Notes: generated by a model not told the origin, from the letters alone. A DNA stretch of 64,000 nt from an uncultured delta proteobacterium (GCA_963817385.1 CAWFOM010000006.1:128001-192000), one strand, 5' to 3'; positions 1 through 10,564 are shown, counted from the stretch's first letter. Translations and numbers: made by a program.

Positions 1-211
1 TAAGATGTGTAACCTGGAAACGACCGATAGCCGTCAGACCGCTTCACCGATTATTAAAACCCGAGGACGCCATTACGAGTGTAAAATCATCTACAAGTCT
101 GCCATGGATCCGACCCATCTTGACAAGGGTTATGATTCATCCCTTTATCCCCAAAAAGATTACCATACCCTTTATTTTGGTGAAATCTTGGCTTGCTATG
201 AAACCGACTGA
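1..211 (+). CDS. Flavin reductase-like protein, C-terminal part (gene starts before the window)
   Basis: HYECKIIYK...YPQKDYHTLYFGEILACY resembles the C-terminus of flavin reductase/flavoredoxin-family proteins. Confidence 0.6.
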   Translation, partial: KMCNLETTDSRQTASPIIKTRGRHYECKIIYKSAMDPTHLDKGYDSSLYPQKDYHTLYFGEILACYETD

Positions 212-358
212 TCTTCAAACGGTCTGAGTCTGTTTATGCAGGCCGGTGAGTCCATTATCCTTTGACCCTATTGCATCATAGCTTTCGGCTAGTGCATCGT
301 CTATCCTGTCACGTATATTTTTGTTGGGTAATAATATAAGAAAGAAATCGGAATACCT

Positions 359-1006
359 GTGTTGACGACCCTCTTAACAATTTTTGCTTCATCCTTTGTT
401 ATCGCGCTATCCGGAGCCCTGATGCCGGGGCCACTTCTGACCGCTACAATCAGTGAAAGCTCGCAACGCGGTTTCACCGCGGGACCGCTTCTGATTACCG
501 GTCACGCCATTTTGGAGTTGGTACTCGTTATCGCCCTTCTGCTGGGGCTGGCGCCTTTATTGCAGCAGCCCGTGGTTTTTGTAGCAACCGCCCTTATCGG
601 GTCCGTAATTCTTTTCTGGATGGCCTTCGGGATATTCCGTTCCTTGCCTTCCTTGCGTCTTTCATGGGAGGGAGACCAAAAACGGAGGAATCATCCAATG
701 ATCAGCGGCATATTGATGAGTGTGGCCAATCCATATTGGATCATCTGGTGGGCAACGATCGGTCTGGGTTATATTCTCTATTCCCGGCGGTTTGGTTTCT
801 GGGGCATAGCTTTTTTCTTTGTCGGACATATTCTGGCTGACCTGGTCTGGTATTCACTTGTTGCGGCTGCTGTGGCAGGCGGCAGACATTTTCTAACCAA
901 TCGCCTTTACCGCGGTCTTATTGCTGTCTGCGCAGTCTTTCTGATTGTGTTTGCGGGGTATTTTGCCTATGCGGGTTTTGAAAAGCTGAATGTCATTATC
1001 TCATAG
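359..1006 (+). CDS. LysE family transporter
   Basis: ALSGALMPGPL and ANPYWIIWW motifs, about 6 hydrophobic segments, 215 aa. Confidence 0.9.
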   Translation: MLTTLLTIFASSFVIALSGALMPGPLLTATISESSQRGFTAGPLLITGHAILELVLVIALLLGLAPLLQQPVVFVATALIGSVILFWMAFGIFRSLPSLRLSWEGDQKRRNHPMISGILMSVANPYWIIWWATIGLGYILYSRRFGFWGIAFFFVGHILADLVWYSLVAAAVAGGRHFLTNRLYRGLIAVCAVFLIVFAGYFAYAGFEKLNVIIS

Positions 1007-1440
1007 CGTTTACGTTTACATAGGTATAAAAAATGGGGTAGGTAATCTGAGGTTGCAAATACAAAGATGGAGTCCGGATTTTCTGAGCAACTTATTGATA
1101 ACGGGATGCAATGTGGAATTGTTGGAGGTAGTTTTTCCCGATGATCGGGGGTATTTGTGTCCTTTATCAATAGCTTGAATCTGATGGCGGTTATCCATCT
1201 TTTTCTTGGTAATGATTACCTCTAACAAGACCTCTGACTACTCTTGGGATGCCAATATTCATGCGTAACGCCTCATCAAAAAGGCACGGATGAAAGGTTT
1301 GTCTGGATTAAGCCCGAAAAGGCATTCGTGATTGGTGAAATGGCTAAAGAGCGCTTCGCTCTCCCGATAGTTCGGTCACTGGGATACACCCCTTCCACGA
1401 TCATCGGCGCCACGCCCCGCATTTTGTGGCTTGTATTTCC

Positions 1441-1470
1441 TTGACACACAAGTCCCTTGCTGCTTATACT
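1441..1470 (+). promoter_or_regulatory. Putative sigma70 promoter
   Basis: TTGACA-18 bp-TATACT upstream of the PDZ-domain gene. Confidence 0.45.
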
Positions 1471-1526
1471 TCTTCCGCCAAATGCAATATCTTATCAATC
1501 CTCTGACTGACTTGCCGCAGAACCCG

Positions 1527-3326
1527 ATGAGACGTAAAGAGAAATTCTACAAGCTGGGCCTTGCCGCGTTCGTCCTCGCCAGCCTGGGCCTCGTGTGGCT
1601 GGCCTGGAACCCGGGCGCTCCCGATCAGCCGGCTGTGACGGCCGCTGAAGAGACACATGAAGCCGGTGGCGCCGAGATTCGTGGGCGTGTCATCGACGGC
1701 GCGGGACAGCCCCTGCCAGGCGCGGTGGTGACAGCGGGGACGGCCTCGACAGTTGCCGATGCCAAGGGTTTTTTTGCCTTCGCGGATCTGGCCGCCGGTG
1801 AGTATGCGGTCGAAGCGGCACTCAAGGGCTACAGCGCGCCCGGACCTGAAGGGACCCGCCACCGCACGGTCATGCTGAAGCAGGCCGAGAGCGAGTCCCG
1901 ACCGGCGAACGTCGAGGGCATCGAACTGGTCATGCGCAAGCTGGGTAGGCTTTCAGGCCGGGTAGTGTCGGGCGGCGCCGCTGTGGCGGGGGCGACGTTG
2001 CGGATCGCGTGGTTGGGCGAGGACGGGCCGGCGGGTCGGGTGGCCCCATACGCCATCGACCCCGCAGGCGTGTCGCTGGACGGCGGCAGTTTCGTGCTCG
2101 ACGGGGTGGTACCCGGGCGCGTGCTCTTGCAGGCTCGCGTGCCTGGCCACTCGCCTGTCGACAGCGCGGTGCTGGTGCTGGGCGACGGCGAGCACAAGTC
2201 GGGAATATTGCTGGATGTCGGCGGACCATCGCAGCCTCTGGTCGCGTTTACCGGGGTGTTCGGTCGGGTACTCGACGAGCGGAACCAGGCCGTGGGCAAC
2301 GCCTTTGTCCGGTTGCGCGCGGCGAGCGACGCCACGTTGATCCGCACCAACGAACTGGGGATCTTCACCTGGCAGCCACCGCCGGAAAGCGACGTGCGCG
2401 ATCTGACGGCCCAGGCGGGCTCGCCAAGGCACGCCCCTTCGACAGCTCAGCCGGTCCAACCGGGCGTCGAGGCAATTCTGCACGTGGGACCGGGCGGCAC
2501 GATGCGCGGCCGGGTGGTCGACGCCACGGGTGCGCCAGTCAAGGGCTTCATGATCGCCATCGACGACGCGCGCATCGAAATGCCGATGATGCGCAAGGCG
2601 CCGCAGCCCTTCACGCAAGACGACGGCAGCTTCGATTTGGGGCCGCTGCAGCCCGGACACTTCGACCTGCGCGTACAGGCGCCTGATCTTGCTCCAGGGT
2701 TTGCGCGCGATGTGCCCGTAGTGTCGGGCCAGGTCACGTCCGGGATCGAGATCGCACTGAGCGCATTGGCGGTTGTTCGTGGCCGGGTGACGGCAGCCAG
2801 CGACGGTCTACCGCTCGAGCGTGCCCATGTGATGCTGTTCGACCCAGCCGCCACGTTGCCACCGCTCACGGCCAAGACCGACGCCTCGGGCGAATTTCGC
2901 TTGCCGGGCGTGACGGCCGGCCGGCGCAGCTTGCGCATTCAGATCGAGGGGTTCCTGACTGAGCTGTCCGGCGGAATCGACGTCCCGGCGGCGGGCGAGG
3001 TGGTCCGCGACGTGCAGCTGCGCCAGGCCGATCCGGGCGAGCGCTTCTCGTTCCAGGGCATCGGCGTGACGCTCGGTCAGACCGACCGCGGCATCGTCAT
3101 CGCCCAGTTGATGGACGACGCGCCAGCCGCACGCGCGGGGCTGCAGGCGGGCGACGTGATCCTGACGGTCGATCGAGCGGCAGCCGCCGGAATGCGGGTG
3201 GGGCAGGTGGTCGAGATGATCCTGGGCGAGGTTGGCGTGCCGGTGTCGCTGGAGATCGAGCGCAACGGGCAGCGGTTGACGGTCACGGTCGAGCGCAGTC
3301 GCGTGGTCGTCAAGTCTCCGCACTGA
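1527..3326 (+). CDS. Membrane-anchored protein with repeated carboxypeptidase-regulatory-like beta-sandwich domains and a C-terminal PDZ domain
   Basis: N-terminal hydrophobic helix; repeated GRVxDxxGxPxxGA..TDxxGxF units; GIGV...APAARAGLQAGDVILTVD PDZ motif; start at ATG 1527 is uncertain. Confidence 0.8.
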   Translation: MRRKEKFYKLGLAAFVLASLGLVWLAWNPGAPDQPAVTAAEETHEAGGAEIRGRVIDGAGQPLPGAVVTAGTASTVADAKGFFAFADLAAGEYAVEAALKGYSAPGPEGTRHRTVMLKQAESESRPANVEGIELVMRKLGRLSGRVVSGGAAVAGATLRIAWLGEDGPAGRVAPYAIDPAGVSLDGGSFVLDGVVPGRVLLQARVPGHSPVDSAVLVLGDGEHKSGILLDVGGPSQPLVAFTGVFGRVLDERNQAVGNAFVRLRAASDATLIRTNELGIFTWQPPPESDVRDLTAQAGSPRHAPSTAQPVQPGVEAILHVGPGGTMRGRVVDATGAPVKGFMIAIDDARIEMPMMRKAPQPFTQDDGSFDLGPLQPGHFDLRVQAPDLAPGFARDVPVVSGQVTSGIEIALSALAVVRGRVTAASDGLPLERAHVMLFDPAATLPPLTAKTDASGEFRLPGVTAGRRSLRIQIEGFLTELSGGIDVPAAGEVVRDVQLRQADPGERFSFQGIGVTLGQTDRGIVIAQLMDDAPAARAGLQAGDVILTVDRAAAAGMRVGQVVEMILGEVGVPVSLEIERNGQRLTVTVERSRVVVKSPH

Positions 3327-3374
3327 TTTGCCTTTCTGTTTCAAGGTCGCGCGCACTCCCTGCGAGGTGTGTGA

Positions 3375-3487
3375 GTGGTTTTGCCCTCTGGAGATGTGAT
3401 TAGGACAGGTGGCAAGACACTGAAGAACGACAACGGACACGACCTCACCAGGCTCATCCGTGGTTCAGAAGGAACCCTCGGGAATGT
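3375..3487 (+). pseudogene. Isolated internal fragment of a GlcD-like FAD-linked oxidase gene
   Basis: [36 protein letters not shown] matches the GYDL..GSEGTLG signature; no flanking homology. Confidence 0.75.
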
Positions 3488-3574
3488 CCTCAAGAAGATT
3501 TCTCACTGGCATTTTCGTTTCAGCATGATAGATGTTATTGATAAGCATGTATTCAGGCAAGGCTCCTTGCAACC

Positions 3575-3611
3575 AGAGTATCAAATCAGAAGTATGTATG
3601 AACCGGATGAA
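3575..3611 (+). repeat. 37-bp dispersed repeat, copy 1
   Basis: AGAGTATCAAATCAGAAGTATGTATGAACCGGATGAA; 33/37 identical to the reverse complement of 54514-54550. Confidence 0.75.
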
Positions 3612-3715
3612 CCTTATTTTCTCAGGCGGTCGAGTAAAAAAATAAACGCGCTGCATAGGAAACCAAGGGGCTCCGAACCGGCTGCGGGAACGGCTGGTGT
3701 GACGTCATTATTTCA

Positions 3716-3744
3716 TTGACTCACAAGACTGCCCATCGTATAGT
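3716..3744 (+). promoter_or_regulatory. Putative sigma70 promoter
   Basis: TTGACT-17 bp-TATAGT upstream of the Ldh_2 gene. Confidence 0.55.
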
Positions 3745-3804
3745 CCCGCCCCGCGGCAGCGAGTTCTTGTCAAAATCAAACAAACAACAAAGTGGGAGGC
3801 AGCA

Positions 3805-4876
3805 ATGGCGAGTAAGGTGACCGTCGATCCCGGAAAGCTGACCCGGTTCTCCGCGGAGGTACTGCAAAAGGTAGGCGTACCCGAGGAGGACGCCGGGAGA
3901 ACCGCCCGGATGCTGGTGGCCGCCGATCTGAGGGGGATCGATTCCCATGGCGTCGCCCACCTGGGACCGCTCTACATCAAGCGCATCAAGGAAGGCCTCA
4001 TCAATCCCAAGCCGCAAATCACGATGGTCAGCCATGCCCCTGCGACGGCAGTCATGGACGGCGACCGCGGCCTGGGTTTTGTGGTCGGCTACCACGCCAT
4101 GACGGAAGCCCTGAAGCGCGCCGGGCAGACCGGCGCCGGATTCGTTTCCGTGCGCAACAGCACCCACTGCGGCGCCGCTTCCACCTACGCCATGATGGCC
4201 CTTCCCGAGAACATGATCGGCATTTCCCTGACGACCGGCGGCAGGGCGATGGTCGTTCCCGGCAGCATCGGCCGGGGGGCCGGCATCAACGTCATCAGCG
4301 TGGCTGTCCCCACCCGGGGAGATGTCCCCTTTGTCCTCGATATGGCGACCACCGTCGTCGCCGGCTCGAAGTTTGAGGTTGCCCTGAGAAGCGGTCAGGC
4401 GACCGTGCCCGAAGGCTGGGCGGTAGACAAAACGGGCAAGCCGTTGACCGATCCGAAAAGGTATGCCGAAGAGGGTGCGCTGCCTCCCCTGGGCGGACTG
4501 CTGCCGGAGACCGGGGCTTACAAGGGCTTCGGCCTGTCCGTCCTGGTGGACATCCTCTGCAGTATACTGGCCGGCTCGGTCTCCATCTCCGAGCTGCTCA
4601 CCAAGCCCAATACGGCGCTCCGCGCCAACCATTTTTTCGGCGCGTTGAAGATTGGCGGCTTCATGCCGGCGGATGATTTTGCCAGGGCGATGGCCGGAAT
4701 GGTCAAGGTATACCATGACCTGCCCAAAGCGCCGGGCGTGGAGAGGATCACCCTTGCCGGTGAGGTGGAGCATGAGATCGAAATGCAGCGGCGTAACGGC
4801 ATCCCCCTGGACCCCCAGGTCATCGCCTCGCTCCGGGAGCTCGCCGCAGAGCTGGGGGTCGAAGTACGATCTTTAG
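3805..4876 (+). CDS. Ldh_2 family (malate/L-lactate/sulfolactate/ureidoglycolate-type) oxidoreductase
   Basis: ADLRGIDSHG, VRNSTHCGA, LDMATT and GAYKGFGL motifs; probable indel near 4863 with true end GVEYDL* at 4876. Confidence 0.85.
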
Positions 4877-4912
4877 AAAAAATTGTCGCCGTTGGCGGCA
4901 AGGAGGGTAACA

Positions 4913-5944
4913 GTGGAAAAAAACAGAGCCGTAGTGGCGCGGGTTGAAAGGGCGGCGATTGCCGCACCCCTGTCGGATGAAGCCGAGGTGATCAAAAAGG
5001 CGGGCATCGAGCTCGTGGACATCGATGCCGCTAACGAGGATGAGATCATCGCGAAGGCCAAGGATGCCGATGTCATCTTTACCGTACGGGCGGCATTCAC
5101 CCGCCGTGTTTTTGAAAACCTGCACAAGCTGCGCGCTGTCGTCCGCTGCGGTGTCGGTTATGACAACATCGATGTCGATGCCGCTACCGACAACAACGTC
5201 CTGGTCGTCAACATCCCCGACTTCTGCTTCGAGGAGGTCTCCAACCATGCGATCGTCCTGCTCATGGCCTGCGCCAAGAAACTGGTGCGGATGAATAATC
5301 TCCTCAAGACCGCCGGCTGGGGAGCAAGCCGCCGGATCATGGACCCCATGGGCTCCATCTGGGGGCAGACCATCGGTATCGTCGGCTGCGGCAACATCGG
5401 CCGCATGACTGCCCGAAAAGCTCAATGCTTCGGGATGAAGGTGATCGGCTATGACCCCTATGTTGATCGGAATCTGGCCAGGGAATCGGGTATCACCCTG
5501 ACGAGCCTGCCCGAGGTGATGGGGGAAGCCGATTATGTCTCGCTTCATCCCTGCCTCAATCAGGAGACCTTCCATCTTATCGGTGAAGAGGAACTCCATC
5601 TGATGAAGCCGAGCGCCTATCTGATCAATACGGCACGCGGTTCCGTTGTTGATGAGCCTGCCCTCATCAGGGTCCTGCGGGACAAAAGGATCGCAGGCGC
5701 CGGCCTCGATGTCTTTGAAAAAGATCCGATTGATCCGGACAACCCCCTCCTGAAAATGGACAATGTCATCGTTACGCCGCATTCGGCATCCTACTGCGAT
5801 GCCTCCTTTAAGCGACTCAGAATCAGTGTGGGACAGGAAGCCGTTCGGGTCGCCCAGGGCAGGTGGCCCAGGAACGTGGTCAATAAAGATGTCAAACCAA
5901 AGGTCAGCCTGGTCAAGGAGGGTCAGCCCAGGGATGCGTTGTAG
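4913..5944 (+). CDS. D-isomer-specific 2-hydroxyacid dehydrogenase (CtBP-like)
   Basis: GVGYDNID, GCGNIG, INTARG, AGLDVFEKDP and TPHSA motifs; AGGAGG before GTG at 4913. Confidence 0.9.
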   Translation: MEKNRAVVARVERAAIAAPLSDEAEVIKKAGIELVDIDAANEDEIIAKAKDADVIFTVRAAFTRRVFENLHKLRAVVRCGVGYDNIDVDAATDNNVLVVNIPDFCFEEVSNHAIVLLMACAKKLVRMNNLLKTAGWGASRRIMDPMGSIWGQTIGIVGCGNIGRMTARKAQCFGMKVIGYDPYVDRNLARESGITLTSLPEVMGEADYVSLHPCLNQETFHLIGEEELHLMKPSAYLINTARGSVVDEPALIRVLRDKRIAGAGLDVFEKDPIDPDNPLLKMDNVIVTPHSASYCDASFKRLRISVGQEAVRVAQGRWPRNVVNKDVKPKVSLVKEGQPRDAL

Positions 5945-5956
5945 CGATAAATCTCC

Positions 5957-5985
5957 TTGACATAGAAGGCCGGCCTTCGTATTCT
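5957..5985 (+). promoter_or_regulatory. Putative sigma70 promoter with a palindromic spacer
   Basis: TTGACA-17 bp-TATTCT; the spacer contains the perfect palindrome GAAGGCCGGCCTTC (5965-5978). Confidence 0.5.
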
Positions 5986-6060
5986 TCCCCCACAGAAAAG
6001 CGAGTTCTTTATCAGCACAACAGGTTCTTATCATTTTAAAGGCCAGAAGGAGGCGCGTCT

Positions 6061-7047
6061 ATGCTTAAGAGAACCGGATATGCAGTTGTCGTGTTTCTAT
6101 CAGTTGTCCTCGCAACGAACGTCTTTGCTCAGGGAACGTACCCCACAAAACCGATCAATACGCTGATGGGCTTTGCCCCCGGGGGGGGGAGCGACGTGAT
6201 GCTCTCCATGGTCAGGCCGCACCTCGAAAAGGTGATGAAGACCACCTTCGTCCCGGTATACAAACCCGGGTCCGGCAGCGACATCGCCCTGACGGAGCTG
6301 GCCACGTCCAAGCCCGACGGCTACACGGTCGTCATCTCCTGCACTCCTCAGGTTCCCATCAACGCGTACGTACGGCAAACCAGCTATAAAATCTCCGACT
6401 TCGCCTTTGTCGCGAATGTCGTCACGGACCCCGGCATCCTGGCAGTCCGGGCGGAAAGCCCCTATAAGACGATCGCCGACGTCATCAAGGCAGCAAAGGA
6501 GAAACCGGGAACCCTCAGCGTGGGGGTCTCTTCGGCCCCCGGAGACGACTGGTTTGCAATGCACATGTTCGAAGGGGCGACGCAGATCAAACTCAATATC
6601 GTCCCTTTCTCGGGAGACGGCCCCTCCTGGCAGGCCGCGCTGGCCGGCCACGTCGACGCCACCTCCAATAACCTGGGCATCGTCTACCCCCAGCTCCGGG
6701 CGGGCAAGCTCCGGGCATTGGCGATCATGACCGATAAACGTTCCCCGATCATTCCCGACGTTCCCACCTTCAAGGAGCTGGGATACAACTTCACCAGCGG
6801 CTCGTCGCGGGGATTCGCCATGCCCAAGAACACGCCCAAGGCGATTATCGACGCCTTTGCGGGCACCGTCAAGCAGGTGATGAGCACCGAGGAGTTCAAA
6901 GCGAACGCAATCAAGACGGCCTTCCCGTCCGATTTCCAGGGACCGGAGGAATATACCGCCTATATTAAGTCGCTCGACACGACCTATCGACCCCTCTGGG
7001 ACAAATACGAGAAATCACCGGACGCCGCTGCGCCAAAGGCAAAATAG
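6061..7047 (+). CDS. tctC: TTT substrate-binding protein
   Basis: Signal peptide, YPTKPI, PGGGSD, PDGYT and PDVPTFKELG motifs. Confidence 0.92.
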   Translation: MLKRTGYAVVVFLSVVLATNVFAQGTYPTKPINTLMGFAPGGGSDVMLSMVRPHLEKVMKTTFVPVYKPGSGSDIALTELATSKPDGYTVVISCTPQVPINAYVRQTSYKISDFAFVANVVTDPGILAVRAESPYKTIADVIKAAKEKPGTLSVGVSSAPGDDWFAMHMFEGATQIKLNIVPFSGDGPSWQAALAGHVDATSNNLGIVYPQLRAGKLRALAIMTDKRSPIIPDVPTFKELGYNFTSGSSRGFAMPKNTPKAIIDAFAGTVKQVMSTEEFKANAIKTAFPSDFQGPEEYTAYIKSLDTTYRPLWDKYEKSPDAAAPKAK

Positions 7048-7054
7048 CTGCTCT

Positions 7055-7173
7055 GCGGACGGGGAAGGCCGTTGATGCCTTTCCCGCCCGCAGATCTACC
7101 GGTTGATGGCGTCCCCTTCCATACCCCCTGCACCGTTTCCGCGGGTGGAGATGCATGACGGTGCGTTTTTTTT
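7055..7173 (+). terminator. Hairpins and terminator between tctC and tctB
   Basis: GCGGACGGGGAAGGC/GCCTTTTCCCGCCCGC hairpin and a GCACCGT...ACGGTGC stem followed by a T-run. Confidence 0.5.
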
Positions 7174-7206
7174 GGAGCTCCGTTTTTTCGTAACAGAGGT
7201 GCTCAT

Positions 7207-7701
7207 GTGAAGATCGGTTCGGTAGTGTTCGCGGGAGTGATCCTGGCGGTCGGTCTGGTCTATGAGATCATGGCCCTGAACATGCCGCGGGGCCGCCTTT
7301 CCTACCCCGGCCCCGGCCTTTTCCCCGCGATCATCGGCATATTCCTTATTGCGACGGCGCTGGGGTGCTTCCTCCAGGAAGTCCTGCCCCGGAAGAGGGG
7401 CGAGGCCCCGTCGGCTTTGCCGCTCCCGAACCAGGACTCAGCAGCTTCGGGAAACCGCAATGTGAATAAGACCTTCCAACTGATGGCACTGATGATCGGC
7501 TACATCCTCGCGCTCAAACCGCTCGGCTTTTTGATCGCCATCTGCGCCTTCCTGGTGGTCGCGATCCGCATCTTCGGCTACCGCCGGTGGGTTCCCACCC
7601 TGGCAATGGCGGCCGTCATCGCGGGCATCTCCTACGTTTCGTTCGTCCTCTGGCTTAAGGTTCCCCTGCCTCTGGGGATCCTTGAAGCGGTTTTCGAATA
7701 G
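7207..7701 (+). CDS. tctB: TTT small membrane subunit
   Basis: PGPGLFP motif, 4-5 TM segments, C-terminal LKVPLPLG. Confidence 0.9.
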   Translation: MKIGSVVFAGVILAVGLVYEIMALNMPRGRLSYPGPGLFPAIIGIFLIATALGCFLQEVLPRKRGEAPSALPLPNQDSAASGNRNVNKTFQLMALMIGYILALKPLGFLIAICAFLVVAIRIFGYRRWVPTLAMAAVIAGISYVSFVLWLKVPLPLGILEAVFE

Positions 7702-7713
7702 AAGGAAAACGGC

Positions 7714-9210
7714 ATGGACCTCTTTAGCGGACTCATTCACGGCTTTTCGGTGGCACTGACGCCCATGAACCTCCTTTTCGGGTTTCTGGGAGCGGTGATC
7801 GGAACGATCATCGGCATCCTGCCGGGACTCGGCCCTCTGGGTACGATGGCGCTCCTCCTGTCGCTGACCTACGGCTTCGACCCGACGGCCGGCATGATCC
7901 TCTTTGCCGGCATCTATTTCGGGGCCATGTACGGCGGCTCGACGACCTCCATTCTGCTCAACATCCCCGGGGAGGCGGCTTCCGTCATCACGGTAATCGA
8001 AGGCTATCAGATGGCCCGTCGGGGCCGTGCCGGGGCCGCCCTTGCGGTCGCCGCTATCGGATCATTCGTCGCCGGGACGATCAGCCTGATCGGCCTGAGT
8101 TTTCTGGCCCCCACGCTGGCAATGGCGGCCCTGAAGTTCGGGCCTCCCGAGTATCTGGCCGTCGCTCTGGTCGGGCTCATGATCATGTCGCGGCTGACGG
8201 GAGGAAATCTTCTCAAATCGCTCATGATGATCGCCCTGGGGCTCGCCCTCGGAACGGTCGGTATGGAGACCGTGGCCGGCTACATGCGCTACACCTTCGG
8301 GCAGCCCCTCCTGGCCCAGGGTATCGATTTTCTGCCCGTCGCCATGGGGCTCTTCGGCATTTCCGAAGTGCTGGTCACCGCCGAAGAACCGGCGGGAAAT
8401 ATGCAACTCCAAAAGGTCCGTTTCTGGGAGCTCTGGCCGACGCTGGTGGAGTTGAAGCGTTCGGTTGCGCCCGTCATCCGAGGGTCCTTCATCGGCTTTT
8501 TCGTCGGCCTCGTCCCCGGCCCCTCTCCGGTCATCGCAACCATGGTCTCCTATTCCGTGGAGAGCAAACTCGACAAGCACGGAGAGTTCGGCAAGGGTGC
8601 GATCGAAGGCGTGGCGGGCCCCGAGGCGGCCAATAACGCCGCCGTGGGAGGCGCCTACGTCCCCCTGATGGCGCTGGGGATTCCCTTCACCCCCGCCATG
8701 GCGGTCGTGATGGCGGTTCTCCTGATCCACGGGATCAACCCCGGCCCCCTGCTGATGAGCGAGAAACCCGACCTCTTCTGGGGGGTCATCGCCAGCATGT
8801 ACATCGGCAATTTCATGCTCCTCATCTTCAACCTCCCCCTGGTAGGTGTATTCGCCAACATCATCCGGACGCCCCTGTATCTGCTCATGCCGATCGTCCT
8901 GCTGCTGTGCCTGGTGGGCGTCTACTCGGTCAACAATTCGATCCTCGACATCTGGCTCATGACCGGTTTCGGCCTGTTGGGCTATCTCCTGCGGCGGCTG
9001 AAATATGACCTGGCCCCCCTGGTTCTGGCCCTGGTCCTCGGCCCGATGATGGAGAGGAGCTTCCGGGAGGCGATGATGATCAGCCGGGGAGACCTGTCGG
9101 TCTTCCTGAACCGCCCCATTTCGGGGACGATCCTGCTCATCGGAGCGATCGTCCTGGTGGCCCCCCTTCTCATCGCATGGATCAAGCCGCTCCTCAACCG
9201 CAAGTCGTGA
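7714..9210 (+). CDS. tctA: TTT permease
   Basis: GAMYGGSTTSILLNIPG and EGVAGPEAANNA motifs, 498 aa. Confidence 0.95.
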   Translation: MDLFSGLIHGFSVALTPMNLLFGFLGAVIGTIIGILPGLGPLGTMALLLSLTYGFDPTAGMILFAGIYFGAMYGGSTTSILLNIPGEAASVITVIEGYQMARRGRAGAALAVAAIGSFVAGTISLIGLSFLAPTLAMAALKFGPPEYLAVALVGLMIMSRLTGGNLLKSLMMIALGLALGTVGMETVAGYMRYTFGQPLLAQGIDFLPVAMGLFGISEVLVTAEEPAGNMQLQKVRFWELWPTLVELKRSVAPVIRGSFIGFFVGLVPGPSPVIATMVSYSVESKLDKHGEFGKGAIEGVAGPEAANNAAVGGAYVPLMALGIPFTPAMAVVMAVLLIHGINPGPLLMSEKPDLFWGVIASMYIGNFMLLIFNLPLVGVFANIIRTPLYLLMPIVLLLCLVGVYSVNNSILDIWLMTGFGLLGYLLRRLKYDLAPLVLALVLGPMMERSFREAMMISRGDLSVFLNRPISGTILLIGAIVLVAPLLIAWIKPLLNRKS

Positions 9211-9276
9211 GGAGATGGCCGAAAGGCCCGGTTCCAGGCGGGGTGCGTCACAATAAATTCACGCAGTAAATTCTCC

Positions 9277-9305
9277 TTGACACATAAGACTCTTTTCCGT
9301 ATCCT
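9277..9305 (+). promoter_or_regulatory. Putative sigma70 promoter
   Basis: TTGACA-17 bp-TATCCT upstream of the ABC operon. Confidence 0.5.
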
Positions 9306-9527
9306 CAGCACACTCGCGCAAAAAATAACTGCTTATCAATTTAATTAAATGGCTGAAAATGGAAGCGAAAAAGATACGAATGGAGAGCGGACCGGCATTC
9401 TCTTTGCCGGTGTGTTCTCTGTTGAAGCGATGCGTGTTCTCCTTGGCAATCAAAATTTAAAGGCAATAGCGGCCCAAGGCGTAAAAGCGGTAAAGAATTC
9501 TTGTTCTTTCAAAGGAGGGTCTTGATT

Positions 9528-10562
9528 ATGAAGTACAGAACATTTACTCGTGTGGTTTGCAGTGTGGCTGTCATCGTGGCACTCGCGACATGGGCAACGG
9601 CAGACGCCCAAGCCCAGGCGAAGAAGCCACTCACCAAAATTACCGTCCTGGCTCCCGGCCCCTCAGCGGTAACGACGTTTAATTTCTTCGTCGCAGACGG
9701 CGAAGGCTACTTCAGGGACGAAGGGCTGGAGGCCAAGTGGGAAGCCGTGGATGGCTCTTCTCAGGTACTCCAGGCCGTGGCCGCTGAGAAGGCGCAAATC
9801 GGCCGACCCGGACCCGGCCCGGTCTTGGCCGCGCGCGGCCGCGGGTTAGACGTCGTCTGGCTCTACAATCTCTACCCGAAGAGCATATTCGGTCTGGTGG
9901 TAAAAAAGGATTCGTCCTACAAAACAGCCGGCGAATTGAAGGGTAAGGTGATCGGCGTCGGCACCGCGGACGGCGCCGAGGTCGCATTTGTTCGCCCAAT
10001 CTTCACCGATGCCGGCATGAAGGAGGGCAAGGACTATACGTTTCTGCCCGTGGGCGACGGCGGGATGGCCGCTGCGGCTTTCCTGCGCGGTGATATCGAG
10101 GCATATGCCGCTTCGATGTCCGATGCCGCAATCATTACGCGGCGGGGTATCCCGTTGCGAGAACTTACCCCTGAAAAGTATATGGCCCTGTTCGGGAATG
10201 GATTTGCAGCCCTGGGGTCATACATCAAGGCGAATCCCGAAGTAATGAAAGGTTTCGGCCGCGCCCTGGTCCGCGGAACCAAGTTTGGCCTGGTCAAGGC
10301 CAACCGGGATAAGGTGCTCCAGTATTGCAAGAAGGGGAACCCGCAGGAGGGTGAGGACGTCGCCCTTGCCACCGCGCTGCTTGAGCAGACCATAGATAGG
10401 ATGACTCCGTTGGATCCATCGAAAGGCTGGGGTTACAACTCGCCGGCAGGCTGGAAGCTCTGGCACGAGAGCGCTCTCGCCTCGGGCTTCCTGAAGGCGC
10501 CCCTGCCAAAACTGGAGGACGCCTATACAAACCAGTTCGTAAACTACTGGAATGGTAAGTAA
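9528..10562 (+). CDS. ABC transporter substrate-binding protein, NitT/TauT (NMT1/THI5-like)
   Basis: Signal peptide, GYFRDEGLE, ELKGKVIGV; AGGAGG before ATG 9528; ATPase and permease follow. Confidence 0.85.
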   Translation: MKYRTFTRVVCSVAVIVALATWATADAQAQAKKPLTKITVLAPGPSAVTTFNFFVADGEGYFRDEGLEAKWEAVDGSSQVLQAVAAEKAQIGRPGPGPVLAARGRGLDVVWLYNLYPKSIFGLVVKKDSSYKTAGELKGKVIGVGTADGAEVAFVRPIFTDAGMKEGKDYTFLPVGDGGMAAAAFLRGDIEAYAASMSDAAIITRRGIPLRELTPEKYMALFGNGFAALGSYIKANPEVMKGFGRALVRGTKFGLVKANRDKVLQYCKKGNPQEGEDVALATALLEQTIDRMTPLDPSKGWGYNSPAGWKLWHESALASGFLKAPLPKLEDAYTNQFVNYWNGK

Positions 10563-10564
10563 CC

